NCBI GenBank assembly: GCA_951406725.2
Contig: OX597818.1
Coordinates: 90,582,001-90,646,000 of the forward strand
Reading direction: 5' to 3'
Length of the DNA: 64,000 nt
Source of the DNA: Octopus vulgaris
Taxonomy: Eukaryota
Shown here: positions 45,549-59,655 of the stretch, in pieces
Layout of the letters: every line of letters starts with the position of its first letter
How positions within the stretch are numbered: the stretch's first letter is position 1
Translations under genes and position numbers: made by a program
The notes under the pieces: model-generated
What the model saw: only the letters and a program-made list of their open reading frames with translations
What the model was told of the DNA's origin: nothing
Databases searched by the model: none

Positions 45549-46721
45549 TATATACGACATGCTTCTTTCAGTATTCGTCTACCAAATCCATTCACATGGC
45601 TTTGGTCGGCCCGAGGCTGTAGTAGAAGACACTTGCCCAAGGTGCCACGATGTGTGACTGAATCCGGAACCATGTGGTTAGTAAGCAAGCTACTTACCAC
45701 ACAGCCACTTTGTAGAAAACATAGTGCGGCGAGCTAGCAGAATCGTTAAAAGGTTGCTAAAAATTCCTTGCAATATTGTTGTGGTTTTTCCCATGTAGAG
45801 TTCCATACCTGCCTGAATTATGTTTATCCCTCATCCTTTCAGGATCGATAAAATAAGATACCATACGAGTCAAGCACTAGGGTCGACGGTGTCGAATAAC
45901 TCCTTCATCTAAACAAGCTGCCAGATAAAAGGAGATACATGCCATCTGGAACAAGCTGCCATCTGGAACAAGCTGCCAGATGAGATGGTGAAGATGCCGA
46001 CGACCGCTTTGTTCAAAGCCTCCCTGGACCTCAAGTGGCCTGAACTCTTTACATGAACACCACCCTGTACTTAACTCCATGTCCCCCTACATGGCCTTGC
46101 TATTTGCTTTTGAGCCAAATTAACTAACTAACTAACTAACTAAACACTGCTGACCTTGTGTATAAGTCAGAAACCGTTATCTTTTGGAAACATAGGGCGG
46201 CAAGCAGGAAGAATCTTCGGAGCGTCATCGCAAAACATTCCTTGAAATATTAGTTCTAATTCTTACGAAAACAGAAACCATTGCTAGATTTGGAAAATAG
46301 AAACTTAAAAATAAGCAGACACGTTGTGTTATCAATGTATATTTTTAAAAGATGTAATAATAACAGCAAAGGTTAACGAGAAATAAATGTGTTGAGACAT
46401 TTTCAGAAAAAAATCAAAGTGAAGGAAGAAAATTGATTTGTAGGAAGACAAAAAAAAAATTGAAATGAGAGAATGAAAGAGGGAAAAAAACTACTTTGAT
46501 AAATTTCAAAGTAAAATAGTATCATGTGATCATAGGAGTTAACTTAGAACTATAATCGGAAAAAGAAATCTTAATTTCTATATGAATTTGTCTGTTTCGT
46601 AAAATTTGTTTTAAAGAAAAATAAAATAATGTTGCAGGTGATACTTGCTTTTGTTATCGATTAGAAACGTGTAAACACCTACATACACATGAAGGTGTGC
46701 GTGTGTAAATAAGTAAGTAAG

Positions 46722-46823
<102 letters not shown>

Positions 46824-48759
46824 CATGTATACGTGTATGTGTAGATAGATAAATAGATAGTTAGATAGGTAGATAGAGAGATATATAGATCTTTATATAA
46901 ACATACATGCACACATACATACATACATACATAACTACACAATTCACGCCCCCATATACAGAGGTATATAATCTAAGAAAATAAAGAAAGGCGTCTGGTA
47001 TGTGAAATAAATAAAAAAATACTTTTACAAATGAGAAATAGATAAAAATCATTCTAATATTGAACATGAATTATAAGACAACAAATAAGGAAGAATATAA
47101 GACAGCTACATCTTACCGTGTTCATGTATCTCCTTTTATCACTGTATATATAATTATATATATGTAAGATTGCAATCTGTTGTTTCAATCGTCGCTCTAT
47201 TGCAAGGGGAAAGAATTGTTTTGCCAGTAGTCTATATTATGGAGTTCTATTCCTTGGTGAAGCAAATTTGATTTTGGTAGGATATAGCATATCATATCAT
47301 CTTTATGTATTTATATAATTGAATTTTCATATTTTGCTTCAAGTATAGAGTCCTTAATATTTGCATTCAACTATCAGCAAGGGCTGTCTACTCCTTCATG
47401 GGATAATCCCATTTTTTTCTTCAGCTCCCAGTCTAATTAAAATTTTCATCTCTACCTCAGACGTGCCGAGTTTTCTTCCACCTTTTATTCTTGTTTCCTG
47501 TTCTCAGTTCTCTTCTCACTCAAAGATTCTCACCCCTACCAATTCCTGCTGTAGTTGTTTTGTGTTTCCCATCATTGCAGCTAGTTGCTTCATCACAAAG
47601 GATGTAAACATCTATTTTTTTTACACTTGCCATTTCTCTCATCCTCTCTCTGTAAACGAATGCTGTTTACAATGTTGGAAACTTCTCTCAAAACACCAAT
47701 TTTAATTTATTATTTTCAATCGCTTTTTGTATATATCGCAGAAGCCAGAGACACATTTCGTTGAGAAGCGTTAATAACACACAAAGATGTCCAAATACAT
47801 AGTGCTGCTTCAATCTTATTGCCCACAAACATTGCCTTATCTTTATTGTTAATCCTAATTAATTAATATTTTGGGGCCGTAACTCTACATTACTTTAGCA
47901 GGTTTCATCATTTATCTAAAGAAACTCTTCACAACAAGTGCAACCTTAATGAATACATATTCATTTGTTAACAGCATTATATATGTTAACACTGACCTTT
48001 TCAAATCTGTTATCAGTCTCGAAGATATTAGATAATGGAATTTTCGGTATAGAAATTCACCTACTATTATTTCCTGTCTTTACAACGTAGTTTGTATCAG
48101 GTCGATTACCTACCTCTTTTATGTACATAACCAAGAAATATGCTTACAAATTCAGCTGTGATTAAAAATACATTCACGCTCTCTGTATTCCGTCATGTAT
48201 TTCACATACACTACTTCATATTTTTAAAATAGTGAAGAGAGAATCATTAAGTAGTTAGGCAATATTATACAATAGTTGGTCAGAAGAATTGATATGATAA
48301 TAAATAAACATCAATAAAATAATTAATCTGCATTACAATAGATATATAAATGATATGCTATATTATATATAATGAATATCAATAACATAAGTAATTTATG
48401 CGGTGAGGACAAGCAAATGGCATCTCTACTGCTGCGAAAATGTTTTCCTAAGATGGTCAAATAAAACCAAAGCATGTTCGGAATTGTCTCCCATACTTTT
48501 AACACAAATCCAATGAGTTTACTCATGCAGTGTTGTGTTTCCTCAACGGAATAGTATTTCTAATTAGAATTCTGTCCTCTACATTAAGTATGTTATAAAA
48601 ACAATCTAAATCAAATATTGTCTGTTAAACATATTGCTTGTTTGTACTCTTTAGTAATCCATTTTTTAAAAATACGTACATACATACATACGTGTGTGTG
48701 TGTGTGTGTGTGTATGTATACCTATATAGATGAATATAAGTATATGTATATAGACATGT

Positions 48760-48821
<62 letters not shown>

Positions 48822-48850
48822 CTATCTATCAATCTGTATATATATATATA

Positions 48851-49725
48851 TCATCATCATCATTGTTCGACCGTGGTCGAGACAATGGAATTTACCATGT
48901 TGCGCCAGACTTCACGGTCCATCATAGCATTACGGAGGTCCTGTTGCTGGATGCCTGTATCCCTGGAGATTACATCAGGGTAGGAGAGTGTGCGCCCTCT
49001 GGTGTTGCGAGTAGATGGCTTCCAGAGGAGAAGAGTAGAAATTACTTCTTTTTCAGCTCTACAACAATGTCCTGCAAACTGGACTCTCCTACCTTTCACA
49101 AGAGATGACACAGGTGGTAATTTCCCATATATTTGCATTTTAGTTGGATGGCGCCTCCACGAGAGATTTTGAGCTCTCATAAGGAGGCGAGTGTAGGTTC
49201 CATCCAACCGCCTCTCAAGCTTCTTTGATAACGTCCAGGTTTCTGAGCCACATAGTAGAATTGGTTCGACTGTGGCTTTGAATATTTCAAGTTTGAAGTC
49301 TCTACTTAGATTTGATGACCAGATCTTATGCATGTCATTACAGGCTGACCAGGCCATACCCTTTTTAGTTAGAAAGTCTTTTCCAGATGAGGATATGTAT
49401 GACCCAAGATATTTATAATCAGAAACCATATTTAAAGGTGCACTGTTGAGAGTGTGGATGATGCAATCACTGTTGGACAGGCACTTGTTTATGTATTCAG
49501 TTTTGGTCTCATTGAGGTAAAGACCTACACAATTTGAGGCTTGTTCAAGAGATTGTAAAAGAGACTGGGCATTGGAGAGAGAATCACTGATAAGAGCGAT
49601 GTCGTCAGCAAAGTCAGTGTCTGTCAAGTACTCAGCTGGGTGTCTGGAACTTCTTCTTGGTTTTATTTCAAAGCCCTTGCCAGAGATGGTATCAACTGAC
49701 ATACGTAGCACATAATCAACAACAA
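48851..49725 (-). mobile_element. 5'-truncated RTE-clade LINE with (TGA)n tail
   Basis: Uninterrupted 283-aa ORF with DFADDIAL, GLYLNETKTEY, YKYLGS and LLCGSETW; stop runs into tgatgatga repeats. Confidence 0.92.
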
Positions 49726-49743
49726 TGTTGTTGATTATATATA

Positions 49744-49779
<36 letters not shown>

Positions 49780-50100
49780 TGTATGTATGTATATATATAT
49801 ATATATATATACATACATATATATATATACATATATATATACATATATATATATATTCTTTTATTTGTTTTAGTCATTTGTCAGCGGGCATGCTGGAGCA
49901 CCGCCTATCGCCTTTAGTCGAACAAATCGACCCCACTACTTATTTTCTATAAGTCTAGTACATATTCTATCGGTCTTGTTTGCCCAACTGCTAAGTTACG
50001 GGGACATAAACACACCAGCATTGGTTGTCAAACGCTGGGGGGTGAACAGAGTTACACAAACATGCTCACTTACATACATACACATACATACATACATACA

Positions 50101-50206
<106 letters not shown>

Positions 50207-50370
50207 CATAAACATATGTATGAGACGGGGTTATTTCAGTTTCTGTCTGTCAAATTCATTCACAAGGCGTTGGTCGGCTCGAAGCTATAGTAGAAGACAC
50301 TTTGCTCAAGGTGTCACGCAGTGGAGCTGAACTCGAAACCATGTGGTTGGTAAGTACGTACGAATAAATA

Positions 50371-50402
<32 letters not shown>

Positions 50403-50409
50403 GATAGAT

Positions 50410-50487
<78 letters not shown>

Positions 50488-50690
50488 CGTTAGCCACTAC
50501 AAACATTTTTTTCTCTCCTTGTTTTTTCTGTGTCCCTTTCTGTAGAAGAGCGTAGGCTCGAAACGTAAAAGATTTTTCTTTTCCTGAGCGTTATATTAAT
50601 ACATCTGTTTGTTTTGTACACCACCTGTCTTCGTCTTTTGTTTTTTCGTAAACTCTCCCTATATATATATATATATATATATACCCACAC

Positions 50691-50731
<41 letters not shown>

Positions 50732-50734
<3 letters not shown>

Positions 50735-51694
50735 TAAGTAATTAAGGGTTTAGCAACGAATTGCCTCACCACACACCGAATTTAGAAATAGCAGTCAAAG
50801 AGTTATAGCTATTCTTTCTACTAAAAGGGAGATCTCAGTAAAAACACAGCACTTGAAAGGCAAACACAGGTAAGAATGAAATGACGGCAATCTATCATAC
50901 AATTTTAAGTCACCTACGGACGTACGTTTCGAAATTAAGTTTTAGGAAAGCATAAGAATTAGATAATTATATCTTACCCAACTTCTTTTCTCATCAGCGT
51001 AGGACACTACAATTATGAATAATTGTATATTAAATTTCGAGATACTAGAAGGCATCATCTCAACTCAGTATCAGAGCGAGCTAAAGCCGTTACCAGCATC
51101 ACCAAATTCAAAGTGTGAATGAAAGTTTGTGTCACCAACCCCTTCCCACCAGCGTGTAGCCAAGACGAGATGCTGTGGTCATTTACTGGGATGAAATATG
51201 GTTATCAGTAGAATTTGGTGATACTGGTAACGGCTTTAGCTCGCTCTGATACTGAGTTGAGATGATGCCTTCTAGTATCTCGAAATTTAATATACAATTA
51301 TTCATAATTGTAGTGTCCTACGCTGATAAGAAAAGAAGTTGGGTAAGATATAATTATCTAATTCTTATGCTTTCCTAAAACTTAATTTCGAAACGTACGT
51401 CCGTAAGTGACTTGAAATTGTATGATAGATTGCCGTCATTTCATTCTCTCTTACCTGTCTGTGTTTGCCTTTCAAGTGCTGTGATTTTACTGAGATCTCC
51501 CTTTTAGTAGAAAGAATAGCTATAACTCTTTGACTGCTATTTCTAAATTCGGTGTGTGGTGAGGCAATTCGTTGCTAAACCCTTAATTACTTAGTATTAC
51601 TTAAACTTTCCTCGAATGAGGCTTTTACATGCCGAAATCTACTTGTTGTAATTAATGATTATTCCAAATTAATTAATTTCACCCTATATTATTA

Positions 51695-51699
<5 letters not shown>
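50732..51699. mobile_element. Penelope-like-element-type inverted pseudo-LTR insertion in (TA)n
   Basis: Near-identical inverted arms 50732-51109 and 51211-51596, 101-bp spacer, unpaired tail of about 100 bp, hammerhead motif in each arm, (TA)n on both sides. Confidence 0.75.
50913..51003 (-). ncRNA. Minimal type I hammerhead ribozyme in the left arm of a long inverted repeat
   Basis: Minus strand: cctacg CTGATGA gaaa..(long loop)..tttc GAAA cgtacg TC cgtagg; palindromic stem III ACGTACGT. Mirror copy 51317-51407(+) has the core changed to CTGATAA. Confidence 0.8.
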
Positions 51700-51733
<34 letters not shown>

Positions 51734-52092
51734 TCAATCACACATACTCAATGTATATGTTTCATTTATTCACCGGTTCCCTGCAGCATGGTGCTTGGGA
51801 AATGAATCCCTCATAAGACTGGATGTAAAAACACATGAAAGTAAGAGACCAGAGGTAATAGATATCGATATTTCGCTATTTTTGTGGCTTAGAAACATTA
51901 CATGCTTGAATCGAAACACGGATGAACAGAATCACTATATTATGACTACATATAAATAGTGTAAGAGCTGTATTTTCGCTTGTTCACCGGTTCGCTGGGG
52001 AATATAGTTTTGGGGAACGACTCCTTCATAACTCTGGATGTTAGAACACCAGGAAGCCATAGATAGGTGAGACAGTTCAGCTCCATTTGAAT

Positions 52093-52173
<81 letters not shown>

Positions 52174-53188
52174 CATATATATACATATATATAGTTAATC
52201 CAAACAAGAAAACACAAAAAAAACAAAAAAAAACAAAAAAAACACAGCAACCCGAGGACGTGGAACAAATAAAGTATTATTGGACGCTCAGGAAAGAAGG
52301 TAAGAAGGAGGGTACACATAAATACATACATGGTGGCTGCCCCCTCGTTATCGAGTATGGCCATTGCACGTAGCTTAATCAATGTTGTTATCGTGCGATG
52401 CCTGTGCAAGAAGATTGTTTTAAAGTGAGGAAAGGCTGTGCACTGAGTCAATCCCACTCACTAAGCAACAGCAGCCATAATCCGAAAAGAATAACAAGTC
52501 AACATCATTGGTAACCACTGAGCCGCAAGTTTTATGTCGGAGTTATCCCAGTTTCCTGAGTTACCTTCTCCTAGAAGGATGCCCTAACAAAGGCTAGGAG
52601 TCCTTCACTCCCAATGGTTTAACCGTGCGATCGGTATTCAGTCCGATTATTTCTATGTCCCCGCGCATGATACATCCTTAAGACATTTATTGGATGGCCG
52701 TTGAATCTCAAGAGTTTCTCCGCCCTTTGACGGGTTTTATTTTTCATCCTGCAGAGTGTCCAAAAAACACCCTCCTCACCAAGCAAGCTTGTTGGGGTTG
52801 CCAGTTTAGTCGCCGACGACCTGACCATGCAACAGGTTGTACTGGGTTGCATGTTACCAGTAGCACTCGAAAGTGACCTGACCATGAGATTGCACCTAGA
52901 AAGTTACCCTCCCATGCATAAGTCCGGCAAGATTGTTTATGGAAGACCAGCAGTCGCCCATGTATACCACCAGTGCTATCTAAGGGAAAGGCAAAGGCCT
53001 ATACAGCTTGTCACCTGTTACGTTGCGACTCATTTCTACAGCTGAGTGAACCGCAGCAACGTGAATTAAAGTGTCTTGCTCAAGAACACAACACGGTCAG
53101 GGATTCGAACTCACAACATCACGCTCGTCAGCCCGACGCTCTAACCACTGAGACATGCGCCATCACAATACATACATATATATGTGTG

Positions 53189-53232
<44 letters not shown>

Positions 53233-53266
53233 TGTATGTATGTATGTAAATATATATATATATATA

Positions 53267-54075
53267 CTAGCAGCATAGCCCGGCGTTGCCCGGGTATGTA
53301 AGAGCCCCTAGTAGGCAACGACTAATCCCAATCTAGTCCTTTCCCTCTAGGGAACGAAGGCGCATGTGTAGGTTGCAATGTCTTCTCTTCACTCCCAAAT
53401 AACTATCAAACAGCTATCGATAATTCAACCCAACCAATTCCTACCAGGAAGAAATTACATTCGAGACTTTACCCCCCAACACCGCCACTTCTGCTAATAG
53501 CTGCTGCAGCCGCAAGTTATTCGAATACTTTTTTTGTTTACACTTTCTTTATAACTACCACCCCAAACGTTTTACCTTAAATTTTTGACGTACCCTAAGG
53601 GTCCTCGGATGCTACTTGCAAACTTTTGGTTTATTATAAACCGCTTTTGTCGTGTGCACCAAAAAACCTTTTCCATTCGTTTGTTCAGTTTGGTCACTTT
53701 TGACTTTTTCGTTGTTGTCACTCACATTGCTGCCCGCTTTTTTGCCGTTTTTGTACATTTTTATACATTTGGGGATGCTTACCCCACGTGTTCCAAGAGT
53801 TAAAAAGGTTGAGTTGCGTCTCCTAGACAGTCTGTAGAAAATGTGTTGCATATAAAAAGCTTAGATTCTCGACCCATGTTGAATTTATCGATTTTTTTTT
53901 CAGAACTGGGGGAACTTTTCAAAATTTTCGCTGCGTTAGTTTTGAATTATGACATTGGGCTATGTGTGTGTCAAGTTTCATCAGAATCGGTTGAAAGCCG
54001 TGGTCAGGGTGAGGGTACAACCTGACAGACACACAGACACACAGACAGACAAACTGCCGTTTATATATAGAGAGA
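53267..54075 (-). mobile_element. Second non-autonomous Helitron family (about 810 bp)
   Basis: Same terminal grammar (TC start, hairpin cccg-ggcaacgc-cggg, CTAG end) with a different interior. Confidence 0.8.
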
Positions 54076-54516
54076 TATATATGTGTGTGTGTGTAGTTGA
54101 AATATACAGAACCCAAAAAAGCAAAAGACGAAGACAGGTGTATGACGTAGAAGCAGGTGTATTAGTTTGGCGCTCGGGAAATTGAAAAAGTCTTTTACGC
54201 TTTGAGCCTACGTGTAAAAGAAAAACGAGAAAGAAATACGAGAAAATAAACAGAGAGAGAATGAAAAAAAAGACCTGTGGATTTAGCAGTGAAGCATATA
54301 TATACAGGGTGACCCCAGAATAGGTTTACAGTTATTCAACAATCTCTTTCGCATTCATATATTTACAGTTTAGATCTTAATTATAAAAAAATATATGAAA
54401 CCATTATTCTATGCTAATTTAGTTAATTGTAAGATAGAAATTTAAATGTAATAAAATGACTGAAAAGAAATTTAAAGTGCCTACGTGATTACCGGAAAAC
54501 TACTCTCGGGCCACAA

Positions 54517-54547
<31 letters not shown>

Positions 54548-54625
54548 TTACACATACATACATACATATATATATATACATACATATATATATATACATA
54601 CATATATATATATATACATACATAT

Positions 54626-54709
<84 letters not shown>

Positions 54710-54718
54710 TTTTATATA

Positions 54719-56344
54719 CAGTTGCGGCCAAAATGTTCAGAACGGCATTGTGTTCGTCAGAAAAGTAGGTATAAGTTTTTATTAAAGTTGTTTTATATTC
54801 TATAATTTTGACAGACAATAAATACAATATTAATTGGAATTGTCTGAGATTTCGGTGTAATTTGAGTGGATGATACAAAAGTTATGGATGATATAGTGAT
54901 TTACTGCAAAACCCATGTTGGCCAAAATGATCAGAACGGTTGAAAAAATAACAAAATAATCAAAAAATGACAGAGAATGCTAGAATTATTTCATATTTAG
55001 TGTGAAGCCCTTTAGCTTCAATCAAAGTTTGACATTTTTGACTACATGGGGAAATTAAATTTTCAATTTCTTGCCGGGTGATCTTATTCCATTCTTCCTG
55101 AAGGGCATTCCATAATTGCTCGGTTGTTTTAGGATTTCTGGCTTTCAAACGTTCTCCTAGAATATTCCACACATTTTCAATAGGATTGAGGTCTGTGCTT
55201 TGAGCAGGCCAATCCATAACAATAACATTTTCAGCCTTGAGGAAGTTCATAACCACTTAGCCTCGTGACATGGGGCATTGTCCTGCATGGATATGGGTGG
55301 TCGCTTAGATGAATTTCTCAGCACAGGCAAGACATGATCTTTTACAAGTTGTTTATAAACTCCTGCATTTACCTTTCCATGTAATCGCAGCAAAGGACCC
55401 ACAACATCTCCAGATATCAAACCCCAAACCATGACACTTCCTCCACCGAATTTAACACTAGTCTTAAGGCATTTAGGTGACAATTTTTCACCTGCTTTTC
55501 GACGAACGTACTTTTTCCCATCTGAGCCAAATAACATAGACTTAGATTCATCACTGAAATGCACCGTTTGCCATTTTTCTTGAGACCAGAACACATGTTC
55601 GGTTGCAAAGGTAAAACGACACTTTTTATTCTTGGAGCAGATCAGCGGCTTCACTGCAGGTGCTCTTGCTTGTAGATCATGTTCAACTAAAGGACGAGAC
55701 ACAGTTTTTCGAGATAAAGTTTTCTTCAGTACAATGCTCATTTCCCGAAAAACAGCAGCATCAGTTTTAAATCTGTCCTTTTTAACCAACTTTACCATAG
55801 CACGATCTTCTCTCTTGGTCGTTTTTCTTGGCCTACCTGTAGACTTGCTTCACACGAACCACAATCATCGTAGACCTTAAGAATACCGTGAACAACACTT
55901 TTTGACTTGTTAACAATCTTTGCAATAGACCTAATACTTAAATTATCCTTCTTTCGTAGCTTAATAATCTGCTGACGAATTGGTAACGGAGTAAGTGGCA
56001 TTATATTAACAAAGTACACTGCAGATATTTTTACTAATGTTTAGTAAACGAACTGTCACGTAAACAAATTCAAAACATTAGAGTTCGACGGTTAAATATA
56101 CTAAAACATGGAGTAAAAGCAACCGTTCTGATCATTTTAGCCGACATTGGTTTTGCAGTAAATCACTAAATCATCCATAACTTTTTTTATCATCCTCTCA
56201 AATTACACCAAAATCTCAGACAATAACAAATAATATCGTATTTATTGTCTGTGACAATTATAGAATATAATAAAACTTTGATAAAAACTTATACCTACTT
56301 TTCTGACGAAAACAATGCCGTTCTGAACATTTTGGCCGCAACTG
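54719..56344 (-). mobile_element. Full-length Tc1-family (DD34E) DNA transposon with IR/DR ends; transposase broken by frameshifts
   Basis: TA target duplication both sides; about 225-bp TIRs (54719-54942, 56120-56344) starting CAGTTGCGGCC. Transposase in three ORF pieces (about 56001 to 54960) with FSDESK, QDNAPCH and DLNPIEN; D-E spacing 34. Confidence 0.95.
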
Positions 56345-56347
56345 TAT

Positions 56348-57030
56348 AACTAATGTAGGATAAAATTTTTTTCGAAAAAATTTTTTATCAATGGCCAGTA
56401 TATCAAAAAATACCTTTAAAGGTTAAATTTATAAATAACTTATAAAATAAGGGCAAAAGAAAAATTCTAATGCCAAATATGCCGAAAAAGACAAAATTGT
56501 CAATAACCATTATAATTTAAGCGTCTCGAAACAAGCCGATAGAAATTTCTAAAAATATCCTTTATTACCGTATTGGTCCCAATTTCGGGGTTAATTCATA
56601 AGAATTTTCCCCTCCTCAGCGATAAATACGTAAGACATAAATGAAATACTTACTCATAACCATGGAAAAAGCAAGCACTAAGTCCTGAGCAGACCTAAGT
56701 ACCCCAAATATATCCAAAATAGAAAATCTTCGGCACATGTCGAAACACGTGTGATTCAAACTAGAAACTTTCACAGAGAGAATCCGGAAGTGAACACTAT
56801 TAAATTTACTAATGTATTAATAAACTAATGTAGGATAAAATTTTTTTCGAAAAAAAAAGTTTTATCAATGGCCAGCATATCAAAAAATACCTTTAAAGGT
56901 TAAATTTATAAATAACATAAAATAAGGGCAAAAGAAAAATTCTAATGCCAAATATGCCGAAAAAGACAAAATTGTCAATAACCATTATAATTTAAGCGTC
57001 TCGAAACAAGCCGATAGAAATTTCTAAAAA
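56348..57030 (-). repeat. Partial tandem duplication: 208-bp direct repeats (56348-56555, 56823-57030; period 475) enclosing a hammerhead
   Basis: Direct comparison of the two copies shows few differences. Confidence 0.9.
56565..56625 (-). ncRNA. Type I hammerhead ribozyme (best candidate)
   Basis: Minus strand: ttatcg CTGAGGA gggg-aaaattcttatgaattaa-cccc GAAA ttgg-ga-ccaa TA cggtaa. All three stems and the complete core are present. Confidence 0.85.
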
Positions 57031-59584
57031 GCAGGATCATCTGCATTGAAGAAATTGTGTCTCAATGTTCTTTATAATTTATTAAAACTCCGTGTGTAAC
57101 GCATGACTAGAATGTAACCCTACTACGATCTACACAAACACGTTTTATATATGAACAGTCACACCATCTTACCTGCATTTCACTAAAAATGAATAAATAT
57201 AAATTATCTCAGAAAAGTTATTTTCTTCAGAGATTGCATAACTTTTATGAATAATGTTTACTTTCCAGATCGGACTGCCGACATTGTCGTCGTTTCCACT
57301 GTGAGAGGAAAATATCTGATCGTAATGATAAAAAGCGCTTGTGTAGCCGTCAGTGGTATTTTTATTTCCACCGTATAACAACGCAACAAAATGCAGTTTA
57401 TATTAAACTCTACTGATTCTACCAAACAACTACCCTTTTTATATTTATATCTTAGAGAGTTTCATGTCTTCTGCCCTAAGCGAAGTATTTAATCCTTACT
57501 TAGTTCGGATCTTATCGGTTTGGATGCTAGCATTTCAAAAATTCAAGTTCGTCGAAAATTTTAAAATTTGGCACAATAATACACTTTTCCAAACGGAATT
57601 GCTGGAGTTATATCACTTTCTCCAGAAAAATGATTTAAAAAAATTATAGAGGTTTAAATTTTGATCATTTTCACCCAGTCAGGAAAAAGGGCAAAAAGAA
57701 ACGTGTACACAAACATTTAAGCATTCGATATGCAAGGCGGCTAGCCGGCAGAAACGTTAGCACTCCGGGCGAAATGCCTAGCGGTATTTCGTCTGCCGTT
57801 ACGTTCTGAGTTCAAATTCCGCCGAGGTCGACTTTGCCTTTCATCCTTTCGGGGTCGATAAATAAGTACCAGCTACGCACTGGGTCGATATAATCGACTT
57901 AATCCGTTTGTCTCTCCTTGTTTGTCCTCTCTGTGTTTAGCTCCTTGTGGGTAGTAAAGAAATAGAAATAGGTATTTCGTCTGTCGTTACGTTCTGAGTT
58001 CAAATTCCGCCGAGGTCGACTTTGTCTTTCATCCTTTCGGGGTCGATTAAATAGGTACCAGCTGCGCACTGGGGTCGATTTTATCGACTTAATCCGTTTG
58101 TCTGTTATTGTGGGCAGTAAAGAGATAAGGGACGTTAGCACGTCGGGCGAAATACTTAGCGGTATTTCGTCTGCCTTTACGTTCTGAATTCAAATACTGC
58201 CGACGTCAATTTTGCCTTTCATCCTTTCGAGATCGATAAAATGTGTACAGTTGCGTACTGGTGGGGGGGGGGGGTTTAGATCTAATCGACTGGCCTCTAT
58301 CCCCAAATTTCGGACCTTGTGCCTAGAGTAGAAAAGAATATGCATTTAATGCGATAAATACATTACAATTTTAAAGAGAGATTTGGAAAAATTAGATGAA
58401 AGTTCTCCGGTAATTTTCTGTCATGTAAATAAATGTTTATGTTAATTTTAAAATTTGCCAACAAAATCTTATAAAATGACAATGTTTCAAAAGATGTACA
58501 CGGTTATATGTTATATATGAAAATAAGAGTGAACAAAATATGCTTAAAAATCAAACACTTAAGCATACAATGAGTAACGTATTACAAATTATTTTTGATT
58601 GAATGTATTTCTAACTTGCGATTTTAATTTTAAAACTATCCTCCTCTGTTTTCAATGATTCTATAATAGAAACGAAGTTACTGGAGCTTGTTGCCATAGT
58701 CACACAAAATACAGAACACAAAATCAAATTTGTCAACACGTGCTTCCTTGCAAATAAAAGACTTCGCAAAGACTGCTCGGTTTCGCTTTTTACTATGGCA
58801 ACAGGCATGTGCTTTCTCGCAGACAAAAGCCTGCTCATGTTCCGCTTCTTACTATAGAAACAGACATGAATGTGTCTGTGATTTCCGATTAGCTAAAATT
58901 ACCAAAATTTTCAAACTTTAATTCATAATTTATTATTTATAGCGAACATTACTTTCTCCTTCATTAATTGACCTATAAAAGTGTATTGTTACACTGAATA
59001 TGGAATCAGTTCGAACAGAATTGATGCTGGCAGCCAGACCGACAAGATCCCTTAGTTCTAACCTTGAGGTTAAGGAGCTGGACTCATGATCGTAAGATTG
59101 TGGTTCGATTCCTGGAGCAGGTGTTGCGTTGTCCCAGCCCAGTCAGCTGGAACAAATGAGTATTCCTAAAAAGGCCCGACGTCCCGTCTTCAGGGGTGGC
59201 TGGGGTATATGTGCCACCGCTCCTTTAGTTCTAATGTAACTATTAACTTTGTAATATACTATATACCTAAGATACGAACATTATCAAAATTTTAATACAC
59301 ACACAGACAGTCATATTTATATGTTATTTATATTATATTATATATATATATATATGTATATCGTATGGGAGATAGAGATATATACATAGAGATAATGAAT
59401 ATATAAATATATTTATCGATACACACATGCAAATGCTGTGTGTGTATGTATGTGTAATATGAATGTGTGTGTGTGTGTGTGAGAGAGAGAGTGAGTGACT
59501 CGTTGATTAAATCGTTTGGGGAAATATGAATTTCTACAGAATATGAAGTTTACAAATCATTTATTCAGATTGTCTGTGTTTATA

Positions 59585-59655
<71 letters not shown>

